This document shows, one piece after another, positions 52,399 through 64,000 of a DNA stretch of 64,000 bases. The notes under the pieces are model-generated. The model ran no database searches. It saw only the letters and a program-made list of their open reading frames with translations, and was not told where the DNA came from. The translations under genes were made by a program, and so were the position numbers. Origin of the DNA: Eledone cirrhosa (lineage: Eukaryota); assembly GCA_964016885.1 (NCBI GenBank), contig OZ024741.1, positions 352,656,001 to 352,720,000 of the forward strand, read 5' to 3'. The stretch's first letter is position 1, and each line of letters begins with the position of its first letter.

Positions 52399-55300
52399 CA
52401 TCATCATCATCGTTTAACGTCCATGTTCCACGCTTGCATGGGTTTGGACGGGGGTTTTCCCACTTGAGGCAAGGGTGGTTGTCTTGCTCGCATAGGACTG
52501 TCTGGCGGGTTTTCTACAGTTGGATGCCCTTCCTAACACCAACCACATTTACAGTGTGGGACTGGGAGGTTTTTACCGTGTTACCTACACGGCCACATTA
52601 CAGCGTGGACTGTGTGTTTTTTTGGTCATGACACCTACACGATCTCATATGTTTCGGCCTGGATGTTGTGGCACCAACATAACTTTACATTGAAAGGGGC
52701 GGTGTGGATGGGGTGGGGGTGGTGGGACGGGGGTGTATTTTGTTAGAGATACCTACTGACTGTAGTAGGTTTTACTTTGTATTTAGGTAAGGCGGGTCTT
52801 CTCTATTACTGAGTACTGCCAAAGGTCTCGGTCCAGTGACATTGTCTTGGAGAGGTGTAAGTGTGTGAGGTCGGAATTTATCAGCTCGTCCCAGGTTTTT
52901 CTGGGTCTGCCTACTCCGTGGCTACCATCTATCTTTATTGCCCTGCACTTTGCTATACAGCTGTCGTCTTTCATGCACATCACGTGACCATACCAACGTA
53001 GCCTTCTCTTGAGTAAACATCTGATCCCTCTTATTTCTAATCTTTTCCTTAGTTCGTTTATGCTTTGCCGTTCACATATATTACTATTACACATCCAGCG
53101 GAGCATGCAAGCTTCGTTCCTCTCTAGTCTGCATATATCCTCTGCACACAATGCCCAGGTCGCACTGCCATGCAACATTGCTGTTCGTATGCAGGCATCA
53201 TACAACCTGCCTTTCATTTTTAGGGAGAACCCTTTAGCGGCTAATAGTGGTATAAGCTCTCTGAACTTTTTCCATCCAGTTTTGACTCTAGCTACTGTAC
53301 TTTCAGAGCACCCTCCTCCACTGCTGATTTTGTCACCCAGGTAACGGAAGCTGTCCACTATTTCTATAGAACCCTCTGCGCAATTGAAAGAGCTAGTATT
53401 TTGTGGGCACTTGCTGCTACTTATTGCACCAGAGCACCGGCCACATGTAAAATCTGTGTTCTTAGTTAGCTTACCTGTGATCCCACTACATCTTTTATGC
53501 ACCCATACTTTGCATTTGGGACATACAATGGAGTTTCTACCTACGCCTTTCCTACACACTGAGCATGGCCATTTCCCGGAAGGGACCGGCGCCTTATTTT
53601 CTTTCCTACAAACTAGAACTTTAGTCTTAGCCAGGTTAATTTTAAGGCCTTTTGATTCTAGGCCGTGCTTCCATGTTTGGAATTTCTTCTCTAGCTCGGG
53701 CCATTGATTCCGCTATGAGCGTTAGATCATTTGCGTATAGGAATTCCCATGGGCAGCCGGTCTTGAACTCCTCTGTTATAGCCTGAAGGGCAATAATAAA
53801 TAGTAGGGGGCTAAGAACAGAGCCCTGATGGACACCAACTTTTACGCTAAACTCTTCACTATTTTTTTTGAACGATTGACTTTCGTCAAATCGGACCGAG
53901 GGAACAATGTTTCCGTTGGTCTTTCCAATTGCTAATACTATCTATCGGTCGCAACTCCAGGTAGAAGGAGCAACGTGAAATAAAGTGTCTTGCTCAAGGA
54001 CATAACGCATCACCTGGTCCAGGAATCGAACTCACAACCTTACGATTGCGAATCCAATTCTCTAACCACGCAGCCACACGCCTTCACTATATTCGTTGTT
54101 AATTCTAACCTTGCTGACTGTTTCTTTATACATGGCTTGTATATCTCTCACAAGCCATTCGTCAACACCTAGTTTTCTAAGAGCCCACCAGATAATGGAA
54201 CGGGGGACTCTGTCGAAGGCTTTCTCCAAGTCGACAAAGGCTAAGTATAGGGGTTTACTTTTAGCTAGGTACTTCTCCTGTGGTTGTCGTACAATGAAAA
54301 GAGCGTCTGTGGTACTTTTGCCTGACACAAACCCGAACTGCATTTCATCTAGATCACTATTACTTTTTCCGTGACCTTCATGACCTGGTCGATTAATTTA
54401 ATGCCTCTATAGTTACTCCTATCTAGGGCGTCTCCTTTACCCTTGTAACAGTTAATGATGATGCTGCTACGCCAGTCCTTCGGAACAACCCCATTCTGTA
54501 TGACTTGGTTTACTATCCGGGTGACCATGGTGTGTCCCACCGTTCCAGAGGCCTTCAGCATCTCAGCAACTATTTCCGAAGGCCCAGCCGCCTTACCCGT
54601 CTTCATATCTTTGATTGCCTTACTTATTATACTACCTTCAACTAACACTGCTTGTCCCTCTATTGGATCGATCTGGGGGAGACTATCCTTCTCCCATTTA
54701 TTCTCCTCATTTAGTAGCCTCTCGTAGTGACACTTCCAAGCGACCTTCTTATCAGCGTCAGTGATGGCGTGTACGCCATCATCATTTAGTACACACTTCT
54801 CCCCAACAATATCACGGTTTTCCTTGACACATTGCCTAGCAATCCTGAACACCTCACTTTTTTGGTCCTCGCGTTGTAGAACATGCTTGAACTTTCTTTC
54901 CTCTGCTTCCCTTCTTGCGAAGTACACTTGTCTCCTAGCTTCCCTCCTGGCCACTTGATCGTCTTCTCTACTTCCCTCATCCCGCCATACTTTCCAAGCC
55001 TGCTTTTTGGCCTTAATCGACTCCTCCACCTTACTGTTCCACCACCATGTTACTCTCCTCCTGCCTATAGGCCTGCTCCGGCCACAGACTTCGTCTGCCG
55101 CCATCAGCAGGTTTGCTTTCAGGAATTCCCACTGTTTCTCTATATTGCACGACTCTAAATGCTCTTCCTTACTGTCGAAAGCATCAAGTAATATGCTTTG
55201 AAATTTATTTCTGGCTGTGGGGTCCTTTAGCTTCCATATTTTCCTCCTGAGGATAGTCCTCTTCTGCTGTCGAGTACGTCTCGTCCTGACTATGAGGTCG

Positions 55301-56801
55301 CTAATTATCAGTCTATGTTGGGAGGTGCATTCTTCATGGGGGAGGGATTTAGTGTTTACAACAGTCACTCTGTCACGTCTTCTGGTAAGGATATAATCTA
55401 CCTGGCTGGTATGTTCCCCTGATCTGTAGGTGATCAAGTGATTGTCTCGTTTTTTGAAGTTAGTGTTACAGATTGTTAGGTTATTTGCGTCACAGAATTC
55501 CAGGATTCTGGAGCCTTCCTCATTTCTAGTACCAAACCCATAGCCTCCATGGATTCCATCATAGCCGTCACAATGTTGTCCAACGTGACCATTTAGGTCG
55601 CCAGCAATAATTATATAGTAACTGTCGGTTATTTGGGAGGTAGTGAGCATCAGTGTCTCATAGAAAGTGTCTTTTATAGCGCCAGGCAGTCCGGATTGGG
55701 GTGCGTACGCAGATATTATCGTCACAGTAGTTCTATTTAGAACAAGTCTTATTTTAATTATTCTGTCGTTTACTCTATTTACGTCTATTATCTTATCCAC
55801 CCATTTTTCTGCTAACATGATTCCTACCCCACCCAGCCCATTGTCATTTCCCACCCAGAAAAGCTTATAGCATCGTTTTTTACCCACAATGAATCTAGCA
55901 GACCTGCCCCTCCACCTGGTCTCTTGGATACAGCAGACATCAACCTCCTTACGTTCAAGCATTTCTACAACCTCGCTTGAGCGGCCTTTTAAGGTCCCTA
56001 CATTCATGGTACCAACTCTGAAGTTTTGGATTGCGTTTGGTGGGTGGGGTGCAGGGAGGGGTGAGGTTGATGGGGTTGGGGTTATGTTGGCCATCCGCGG
56101 CCGCAACAGAGAGGGTGGGGCTTTGCCCTTTCGTCCGGCAGCATGAGGTGAATTTGTCGTTATCTTTTGCATTGTCTTCGGGTGTCCAGATTCTTCTGAC
56201 TCTCCAGAAATTCCCTAGTTCATCCATCATGTCGTTTACTTGTGATTGGTCCAAATAATAAGGTGGAGAGTGGGGGAGGGGTATGGGGTAGTTTGCGAGG
56301 AGCAGAATTATTTTTAGAACAACGGTGAGACAGAACAGAATTATAGAAAGCCAATTTATGAATACGATTTTTTGATTCTGGGGGATTGTAAGATATATAG
56401 ATGAATGAACCGAATGTGGAGAGTTGAGAAGAAAATGAAATATGTACGTTACATTTCGTAGAAGAAAACTAAACAAGCGACCATCAATAATAGTTGACAA
56501 ATTCTGAGTTTTGTCCCCCGTAACAAGACTTATTTATATTTGGTTGGCAAGGAGTGAGGTGGAGTGTGAGAGCAGCGTATATGATAGTGAGAGTGAGGGG
56601 GTGAGAGGGTGAGAGGCGATTTCAGCAGGCCGAGAGAGAGAGAGAGGCCAATCCCTAATTTAACCTGGCATAATTTTTCGGCCAAAATGGTTGCGGGAAT
56701 ATTATTTTGAATTATAGAAAGACAAACATTTATGAATACGATTTTTTGATTCTGGGGGATTGTAAGATATATAGATGAATGAACCGAATGTGGAGAGTTG
56801 A

Positions 56802-56802
<1 letters not shown>
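52399..56802 (-). mobile_element. Near full-length RTE LINE (APE-RT-PHD-like finger), inactivated
   Basis: APE motifs (GTMNV, CCIQETRW, SAYAPQ, AGDLNGH, QVDYIL, SQHRL) and RT motifs (AFVDLEKAFDRVP, GVHQGSVLSPLLF). Lesions are a frameshifting deletion at ~54355, a SINE insertion, YADD changed to YAND (~53727-53738) and a +1 shift at ~53699. 3'UTR with (GAT)n tail. Confidence 0.95.
53863..54081 (-). mobile_element. Family C SINE inserted in the RTE RT domain, 9-bp TSD
   Basis: cttcactat at 53854-53862 and 54082-54090. Removing the insert restores INNEYSEEFSVKVGVHQG. Confidence 0.93.
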
Positions 56803-56830
<28 letters not shown>

Positions 56831-56837
<7 letters not shown>

Positions 56838-57058
56838 GAAAAAACGAGGAAGTTTCGTTTACATATGAAAAATATTTGTGTATCAACTTGTTATGCGCAT
56901 TTCACAGAGGATTGGCTCAAGGTGACCCATAGGAATTATGGACCGGACTCCAGTATTGATCTACTCCTCAGACTGGTGATGCAAAATGCGCGTAACAGGT
57001 CGATATGCAATAAATATTTTTCATATGTAAACAAAATTTCCTCGTTTTTTCTATTATA
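56831..57058. mobile_element. MITE with long (~50-75 bp) TIRs in TA context
   Basis: tataatagaaaaaacgaggaagtttcgtttacatatgaaaaatattt versus aaatatttttcatatgtaaacaaaatttcctcgttttttctattata. Confidence 0.85.
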
Positions 57059-57209
57059 TACACTCTGCCTGTGCATAGAGTGCTTGATGTGGTACCATCA
57101 CCAATACTTCACAGTACTACCTACACTATACATATATGTGCACAGAAGTATATTTAAAGATTATTTTTTTTTTTAAACAGAAGGAATAATTTTATAATTG
57201 TTGCTTTAA

Positions 57210-57465
57210 CACTTTAGCATTTACATTACTCTATATTTACTCTCGTATTTTCACGTTAAACATTTGATCTCATCCTACATAATATAAATAATAAATAAAT
57301 ATAATAAATAAAAAAAGAAATCATTATTATCCTACATAATATCGAAGCTATGAGATTTTGACATTATTTATTTTGAGAACAATACCTTAACTTAACTATG
57401 AGCAGTTTGAACAGAAAGAGATGAGGGAATTCTGGCTGGATATGGCTGGTTTAAATGCTAAAGGG
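57210..57465. mobile_element. piggyBac-like TTAA MITE
   Basis: TTAA-CACTTTAGCATTTA ... TAAATGCTAAAGGG-TTAA. The empty site is visible in the opposite arm of the host palindrome. Confidence 0.88.
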
Positions 57466-57645
57466 TTAAATATAACCAGTTTTAATTGGTATAACAATAT
57501 TATCAAATATTAGATATTAAATATGGGGTTCAATTCCTCATAGCTCTTCATGGCAACTTCTTTTTCCGGCTTTTAAGGGTATTCACCCTATTTTAAAAGC
57601 TATCTTTATAGCATTTCTGTGCTTGAGCACTTTCTTTACACTTAT

Positions 57646-57935
57646 ATCATCATCATCATTTTACGTCCGCTTTCCCCTGCTTGCAAGGGTGGGTTGGGTC
57701 TTATTCAGCACAGCATCTCTCCACTTGCCACGGTCCATCGTCATCTCTTCCATGAGCTTCAACGATCTGAGGTCTGCTCTCACCACCTCAGCCAATGTTT
57801 TTCGTGGCCTTCCTCTACTGCGTCTTCCTTCTACTGGGATTTCTTGGCATTTCTTTACCCAGCGGTAATCCTTCATGCGCATCACATGTCCATACCTTTG
57901 CAGTCTTCTCTCCCACACACTACAACGTACCCCTC
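57646..57935 (-). mobile_element. RTE LINE 3' fragment
   Basis: ERRLQRYGHVMRM..RSRGRPRKT. Same family as 566-1020. Confidence 0.9.
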
Positions 57936-58383
57936 TTATACATATATTCTCAGCGCTTCAAAAGCCAAACATTTGGCTTCATACATTGTTTAAAAAAATG
58001 TTTTTTCATGTTTTCTGTGAGCAGTCCGAATATGAGTTTTCTGTCAAAATTTCTTATATATATATATATGTTTTTTATGAATGGTGGTGAAGAAATAAGA
58101 AATTTTGACAGAAAACATATACTCAAACTGCTCATAGAATACATGAAAAAGCATTTTTTTAATCATTTGATATTTGATATCTAATATTTGATAAAATTGG
58201 TATACCAATCAAAACCGGTTATATTTAATGCAACAATTATAAAATTATTCATTCTGTCAGGTTAAAGAAAAAATCATCTTTAAATATACTTCTATGTATT
58301 CTCACTTTCATTTTTTTAACTATAACTTTTGTTTTGTATAGAACTAAACCCCCCTTTTCAACTATATATATATATATATATAT

Positions 58384-58491
<108 letters not shown>

Positions 58492-59902
58492 TTATTCCTA
58501 TCTATATCTCCATCACATCCCTCATATGATGGCATCCCCCTCTCCCTGTACACTTGCTAGCAGGGAAAGCACACCCATGCTAGCATAGAAGATGGACGTT
58601 CAACGATGATGATGATGATTATATATATATGTGTGTGTGTTTGTAAACAAACTTTATGAATTATTGACGCACTGAAAGTGTTTGAATTTTGAAGATGTGA
58701 GTCCCAAATTAAAAAAATAACCGTACTAATGGTCGATCACTATAGATACAGAAAAATGGACAGAAGTGCCTACATATATAATCATCACCATTTTACGTCC
58801 ATTTTTCCATGCTAGCATATATATATAATGATTTATATACATGAAAAATCATTGTGCAGACTTGTGTACGAAACGTAATAAATCATCTCTGTATATAGTG
58901 CCTTTTGTTCTTGTTGACACACACATACCACTTTTATTTGGTCCCCTTTGGATTTTGGTCTTTTGAACTTTTTATGTATACTAGTTGTTACCTGTCTTAG
59001 TGTTTATTTTCATTTTATCTTGTTGGAATTAATATTTTCTCATATTTATGCTTTTGATGACAACATTCTTAGTTGACTGGGCATCCTTCAGAAACACTCT
59101 GACATTTTCCTCTCGTTTTTCACGGCTCAGGGCCACAAATAGTTGACCATGTAGAATACAGGTCATTCCAGATAAATGAAGACGTAAATGAAATATAACG
59201 GTAAACGCGCTAGCGATCTGATTGGTTATCACGGAGCTGTTGGCTATTTATGAAGTTACCTGAAAAAACCCTATATCTCTGGAACCTGTGCTCCAATTTA
59301 CGTGAAACTTGTTTTATTCCATTTGTATTCCCATTTCAGGGGCAACTTCCTTTCAATGTATTTTCCCATTATTCGCTGTTTTGGCTGTATTACATTACAG
59401 GCAAGCACATAGTGTTTTAGTAGTATATAGATATATATAAACTGTCATACAGTAAGAACAATAACATAGTGAATATATTTGTTGGTAAGTGTTAAGTGCT
59501 TTACTCTACCTGCTGGTACTAAGTTCAATCCCTGGGTTTTTGTATTTATATATATATATTCCAGTTAAGAGGAACAGGCAAGCAACATTACAATGGGACT
59601 AATTATATGAGATATGGATAACTAAAAGAAAATAATGTATCTCTGTGGTTTGAATAAAGAGTTCATTTTGAAAAAGTCTGAGTACATAAGTGAATATGAC
59701 AAGCACCTGAATAGGTCTTGTAAGTAAAATGGCCAGAGGACACGAGTCGTAACCTTCACCATTTACTGTCTGTTTGCCCTGCTTGCAAGGGTTGAATGAG
59801 TCATCACAGACCAAGTCAGTACTTAATTAGAATTTGTAGATGAGCTGGGAGCTGCATCTTGCTTACACATGTTCCCACTCTCTATAGATTGCACTGAGTG
59901 CT

Positions 59903-60086
59903 GGATTGGCAGTAACGGTGGAGCATCAGACACCATGCTTTGCAGCATAGTTATGGGCCTTTACGTTCTGAGTTCAAATCCCACCAAGGTTAGCTTTGCC
60001 TTTCATCCTTACGGGGTGGATAGAATAAAGCACCAGTAATGCACTGGGGTAATTGCTGGCCTTGGGCCAAAAGTAGAAACAATTAT
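59903..60086 (+). mobile_element. Family B SINE
   Basis: ggattggcagtaacggtggag...agtagaaacaattat. Confidence 0.88.
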
Positions 60087-60914
60087 GGAACCAGTGTTAG
60101 GGAGGTTGTCACATCTTTGACACAACTGAAGAGTCCTTTTGACCATTTGCTTGGTAAGTTTTCTATTGTTGGATGCTCTTCCTATCACTAACTACTTTAT
60201 AAAGTTTATTGGTTGCATTTTATTGTGGCATCAGTACTGGGAAGGTTCTCATATCTTTTACACAACTGTAAAGTGGTTGTGTAGGTGTGATGACAAAAAG
60301 CACCCTGTATGCACTGTAAATGTGTTTGGTATTAGGAAGGGCATCCAGCTGTAGAAACCAAGCCCAAACCGTTCTGTATGAGCCAGACCTTGTCTGACCC
60401 ATGCTAGCATAAAAAAATGGATGTTAAACGGTGATGATGATGAAGAATACTCTCAACCCTTTATTTATATATCAGTGAATAAGAGTAATAATTCCTTATC
60501 CTAGAAGTTCAGACACAATTGATATATATTTAATTATAATTTCATGTGACAAATATTGGTTTAGTTATAGATTTTCTTGAATGATCTAAATTAATTCTCA
60601 ACATTCTATAATGATTTAGCAGAAAATACAAATATATAAAACAAAGTTTGTTAATTCAAATGTTTATAGGATCTTTACTAATGAACAAATGTATTTGGTC
60701 ATTTGCAGTATTAGAGTCAAGACTCTTTAATTCTTAATGTGACGCTGCCCTAGTTTTGTTTTGTACATTGCAAGAAGGTCTTGCTAATGTGGTTTCATGT
60801 GGTACAAGATGTTGAGTATTAAAGTTTGTATAATAAAAGTTTAATCACTAATAGTTTTCATTGATTGGTCTTAGTTTAGCTGTAGGTGACATGATTCATA
60901 ATTAACTTTGAAAT

Positions 60915-61370
60915 CATCATCATCATCATCGTTTAACGTCCATCTTCCACGCTAGCATGGGTTTGGACGGGAATTTTCTCACTTGAGGCAAGATTGGTTG
61001 TCTTGCTCGTATAGGACTGTCTGGCGGGTTTTCTACGGCTGGATGCCCTTCCTAACACCAACCACGTTTACAGTGTGGACTGGGAGGTTTTTACCGTGTT
61101 ACCTACACAGCTACATTACAGCGTGGACTGTGTGTTTTTTTGTCGTGACACCTACACGACCTCATTTGTTTTGGACTGGATGTTGTGGTACCAACATAAC
61201 TTTACATTGGAAGGGGTGGTGTGGATGGGGTGGGGGTAGTGGGGCTGGGGTGTATTTTTGTTAGAGGTGCCTACTGACTAGGTTTCGCTTTGTGCGGGTC
61301 TTCTGTATTACTGTGTAGTGCCAAAAATCTCGGTCCAGTGACATTGTCTTGGAGAGGTGTAAGTGTGTGA
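60915..61370 (-). mobile_element. 5'-truncated copy of the 52399-56802 RTE family (3'UTR and last codons)
   Basis: Colinear with 52399-52868. Confidence 0.9.
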
Positions 61371-62258
61371 TTAGCATTATCATTTTTAATTTTTCTTATA
61401 GGATATTTCTTTTTTAATTTCTTAATTACTAGCTATGACGTCTTATGTTTGTATGATTGATCTTAGATTTGGTATATATAATGCTTGTCTCTTTATGACA
61501 AGTACTATATTTTTGATGTTATATGATTATTGTTGATTTTGTACTGTCTTTGTATACTTGCTTTTGATTTTTTAACAATATTTTTATATGGTAGTTTGCA
61601 TATACTCATAATAATTGTATCATAATTGGTCTTTTGTTCAAGAATTTGTTTATATGACTAGACTTTTAAAAAATCACACACAATCACACACAAGCACACA
61701 CTTATATAGTCATAACCTGCATAAAATTCTACAAGCTGAGACAGTAATGTTGTCAGGATACAGATAAGAGAATTCACTATATGTAATTAACTCTTGAAGT
61801 AGTAGGTTTTGTTGTATGGTTTTATATCACTATTTGACAGAATAGTAGTAGTAGTAGTAGTAGTAACAGTAGTAACAACACCACCACTACCATCAACAGC
61901 TAGTAGCAACAACAACAATAGTAGCAACAACAATGATAACAATAATCATTCTTTAATGATAAGACTAATATGACTGGTTTCAGCTTTGCTATGTAGAAAT
62001 GTGTCTGGTTGAAACTTGTGAGAAAAACTAACAAACAAACTAAATGAATGAATGAATAAATAAATAAATGTCTTTAAAAACTTGAGTTTTAGGACATTCT
62101 CTAGCTTTTAGTCATAAGGAACATTTGTTTGTTAACCCATAGCCATAAATATTTGTAAATATATGAGTGTGTGCATGGCTGTGTGTGTATATATAGGCTT
62201 GGTTCCATAAATGGAAGAAATAAAAATCAGTACATGAGTAGAGTGGTTACATGCATAC

Positions 62259-62291
<33 letters not shown>

Positions 62292-62297
62292 TGTATG

Positions 62298-62470
62298 TTT
62301 TCTCTTTCTCTTAATTTCGAGTATATTTTTTTGACCGGCCACCTTCCTGGTGGCAAGGTTGTAAAAGAAAAGAAATTGTCATCCCTTGAATCGCAAGAAT
62401 GTTTTGCATATTTTGAAGGTGCCAGCTATCGCAGCCATTTGTAGACTATGAATTAGGGAGCTGCGCTTTT
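62298..62470 (-). mobile_element. 3' tip of an R4/Dong-like RLE non-LTR element inside a (TATG)n tract
   Basis: The minus frame KRSSLIHSLQMAAIAGTFKICKTFLRFKG* resembles the RLE C-terminal LQKAxLLGTxKIxKxFL. Short 3'UTR, with (TATG)n on both sides. Confidence 0.5.
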
Positions 62471-62516
62471 TGTATGTATGTATGTATGTATGTATGTATG
62501 TATGTATGTATGTATG

Positions 62517-62547
<31 letters not shown>

Positions 62548-62810
62548 CCACTCTATTCATGTACTGACTTTTATTTCTTCCATTTATGCAAATATAGAGT
62601 GGGTAAAATTCCTGAGATTTTCTTTTCAATGGCTGATAATACCTTGCCGGCAACACTCGAGTAAGGTAATTATTTAACTCCATAAATGGGGCCCTAACAG
62701 GTACTACTGCTTCGGGCCAGAGCAGGGTTATCTCCACATTCCCCCACAGCTCCTGAACTCCCGAACTGGAGCCTTGCCACTGGATGAAGTTTAATGTCAT
62801 ACCCAGGACC
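62471..62810 (-). mobile_element. SINE/LINE-like fragment with (CATA)n tail
   Basis: The tail ...aaagtcagtacatgaatagagtggttacatacatac has an inverted second copy at 62206-62260. Confidence 0.55.
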
Positions 62811-64000
62811 AAATATAGAAAACACACACACACACACACCTCTTCACTTATATCTTCTAGTGTGTTTGGTAAACAAACATCACAATATCTCTTTTCCTCA
62901 AGTCTGTAAAATCTACGGTCTTTGTGCTTTGGCCCCCCCCCCCCCAGACAAAACCATAATAAAACAAAACAATATTCTTTGTCATTCTTGTCCATGCTGT
63001 TGTTTAGCCCCAAGGCAGTTCTGATGAAACGGATCTATGACCAGAAGTGTTCCAGTAATGATCACCTCAATTTCTTTTTATATCAGGGACTAGATTGTTC
63101 AATGTGTCCTTTCCTTCTTTTAAAAAAAATTGAATGGTATACTTTGAGGGTGATTTGGCTGTCATTTCTAGCAGCTTAAATAACTGTGAGGCTGCCTTAT
63201 TGATTTGTGATGTGAGTATAGATGGGGTGACATAATTGATATGGAATATGCTGTTGTTGTTGAGCCCCAGGTTAGCCTCTGATAATGCAACCCTTTGATC
63301 AAAGGTGTTCCAGTGATGACCATTCCATTTTTTTGTAATAACATGAGGATTGATGCTTTACATCAGGGCTTCTTGAAGTGGTCCATATAGAGAAATAGGT
63401 GTGAATAAAATTTTAGCCAGAGTGAATAATAGCTTAGGGGTCTATAGGGTGTGAATTTACTACTTTACATTAATTAATCACTTTATAATGGAAGAAGAAA
63501 AATCCTGGATCATATAAACTAGTTGTCAGATATTGTACACATAGTTGAATGCCTGGTTGGGTGTGATGTCCATTAGTGATATGTTGTTTATAATTGACTC
63601 ATTTAGTTACATCAAATTGAATGTTTTATTTATTCAATATGCAAAATCTCTCACTGTCATGAAAAGTCATTGACATTATATACAATTAATTGAGCAGTGT
63701 CTAATAAAAACATAACTATTAAAAACAAAACTATTAAAGGGAACCGAGAGAAAAGAAAATGAAAAGGAGAAAAAAGGTGGATCAAGGAAGAGGGGAAGGG
63801 ACAGACACAACACCCCAGTCTGAGTGGTACATTAGCTGCCCCCATTAAAAATGAACAATCCAGCTCTGATTTAAAAGATTCATCCAACCCATTCTTCCCA
63901 TTAAAAATAATTTAACCATTAAAAGTGCATTTTGCTGTTATAGTTTAATTCTTTTCTCATGTAATTTGTATTCAACATTAGCAAATTACTTCTTCTTCGC

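Larger units (their letters stand above)
57138..58297. mobile_element. Fold-back element with nested insertions in its left arm
   Basis: 57138-57205, 57470-57523 and 57991-58047 together form the reverse complement of 58096-58297. Confidence 0.75.

Noticed and set aside
53009-56258. Multiple + strand ORFs overlapping the RTE (and similarly over CR1 and maT)
   Set aside because: They are antisense shadows of TE coding sequence.
59029-59400. CpG-richer segment with a short minus-strand ORF
   Set aside because: Probably a DNA-transposon fragment, but I could recognise no motif, TIR pair or splice context.

Overview
AT-rich, microsatellite-dense animal genomic DNA. The SINE families, RTE LINEs and (TA)n/(CA)n load suggest a coleoid cephalopod such as Octopus (inference). 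The window appears to lie inside one large + strand gene. Two short coding exons, 8841-8910 and 41198-41310, are separated by a ~32.3 kb phase-0 intron and splice in frame to give LLNCLKAGSVKKINRFLTPLAGL|DNVNVFLEACRTSFGLTNTQLFDSCELQDLSQRAIAD, the calponin-homology domain of an LMO7/LIMCH1-family protein. There are also candidate non-coding or alternative exons (26990-27244, ~27523-28508) and a candidate 30-nt microexon (46618-46647). The introns hold many transposons: a near full-length but disabled RTE LINE with a PHD-like finger, RTE/CR1/HERO/R4-like fragments, Penelope-like (GIY-YIG) remnants, an internally deleted DD37D (maT) transposon, TTAA- and TA-flanked MITEs, a probable non-autonomous Helitron and many tRNA-derived SINEs. 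The most notable items are (i) a ~430 bp fold-back element carrying two inverted minimal hammerhead-ribozyme motifs 170 bp upstream of a coding exon, (ii) inverted young SINEs bracketing the two CH exons, whose back-splice would give a 183-nt stop-free circle, and (iii) several nested palindromes. Most ORFs in the supplied track are microsatellite or antisense artefacts. All calls were made by eye, and repeat boundaries are approximate.
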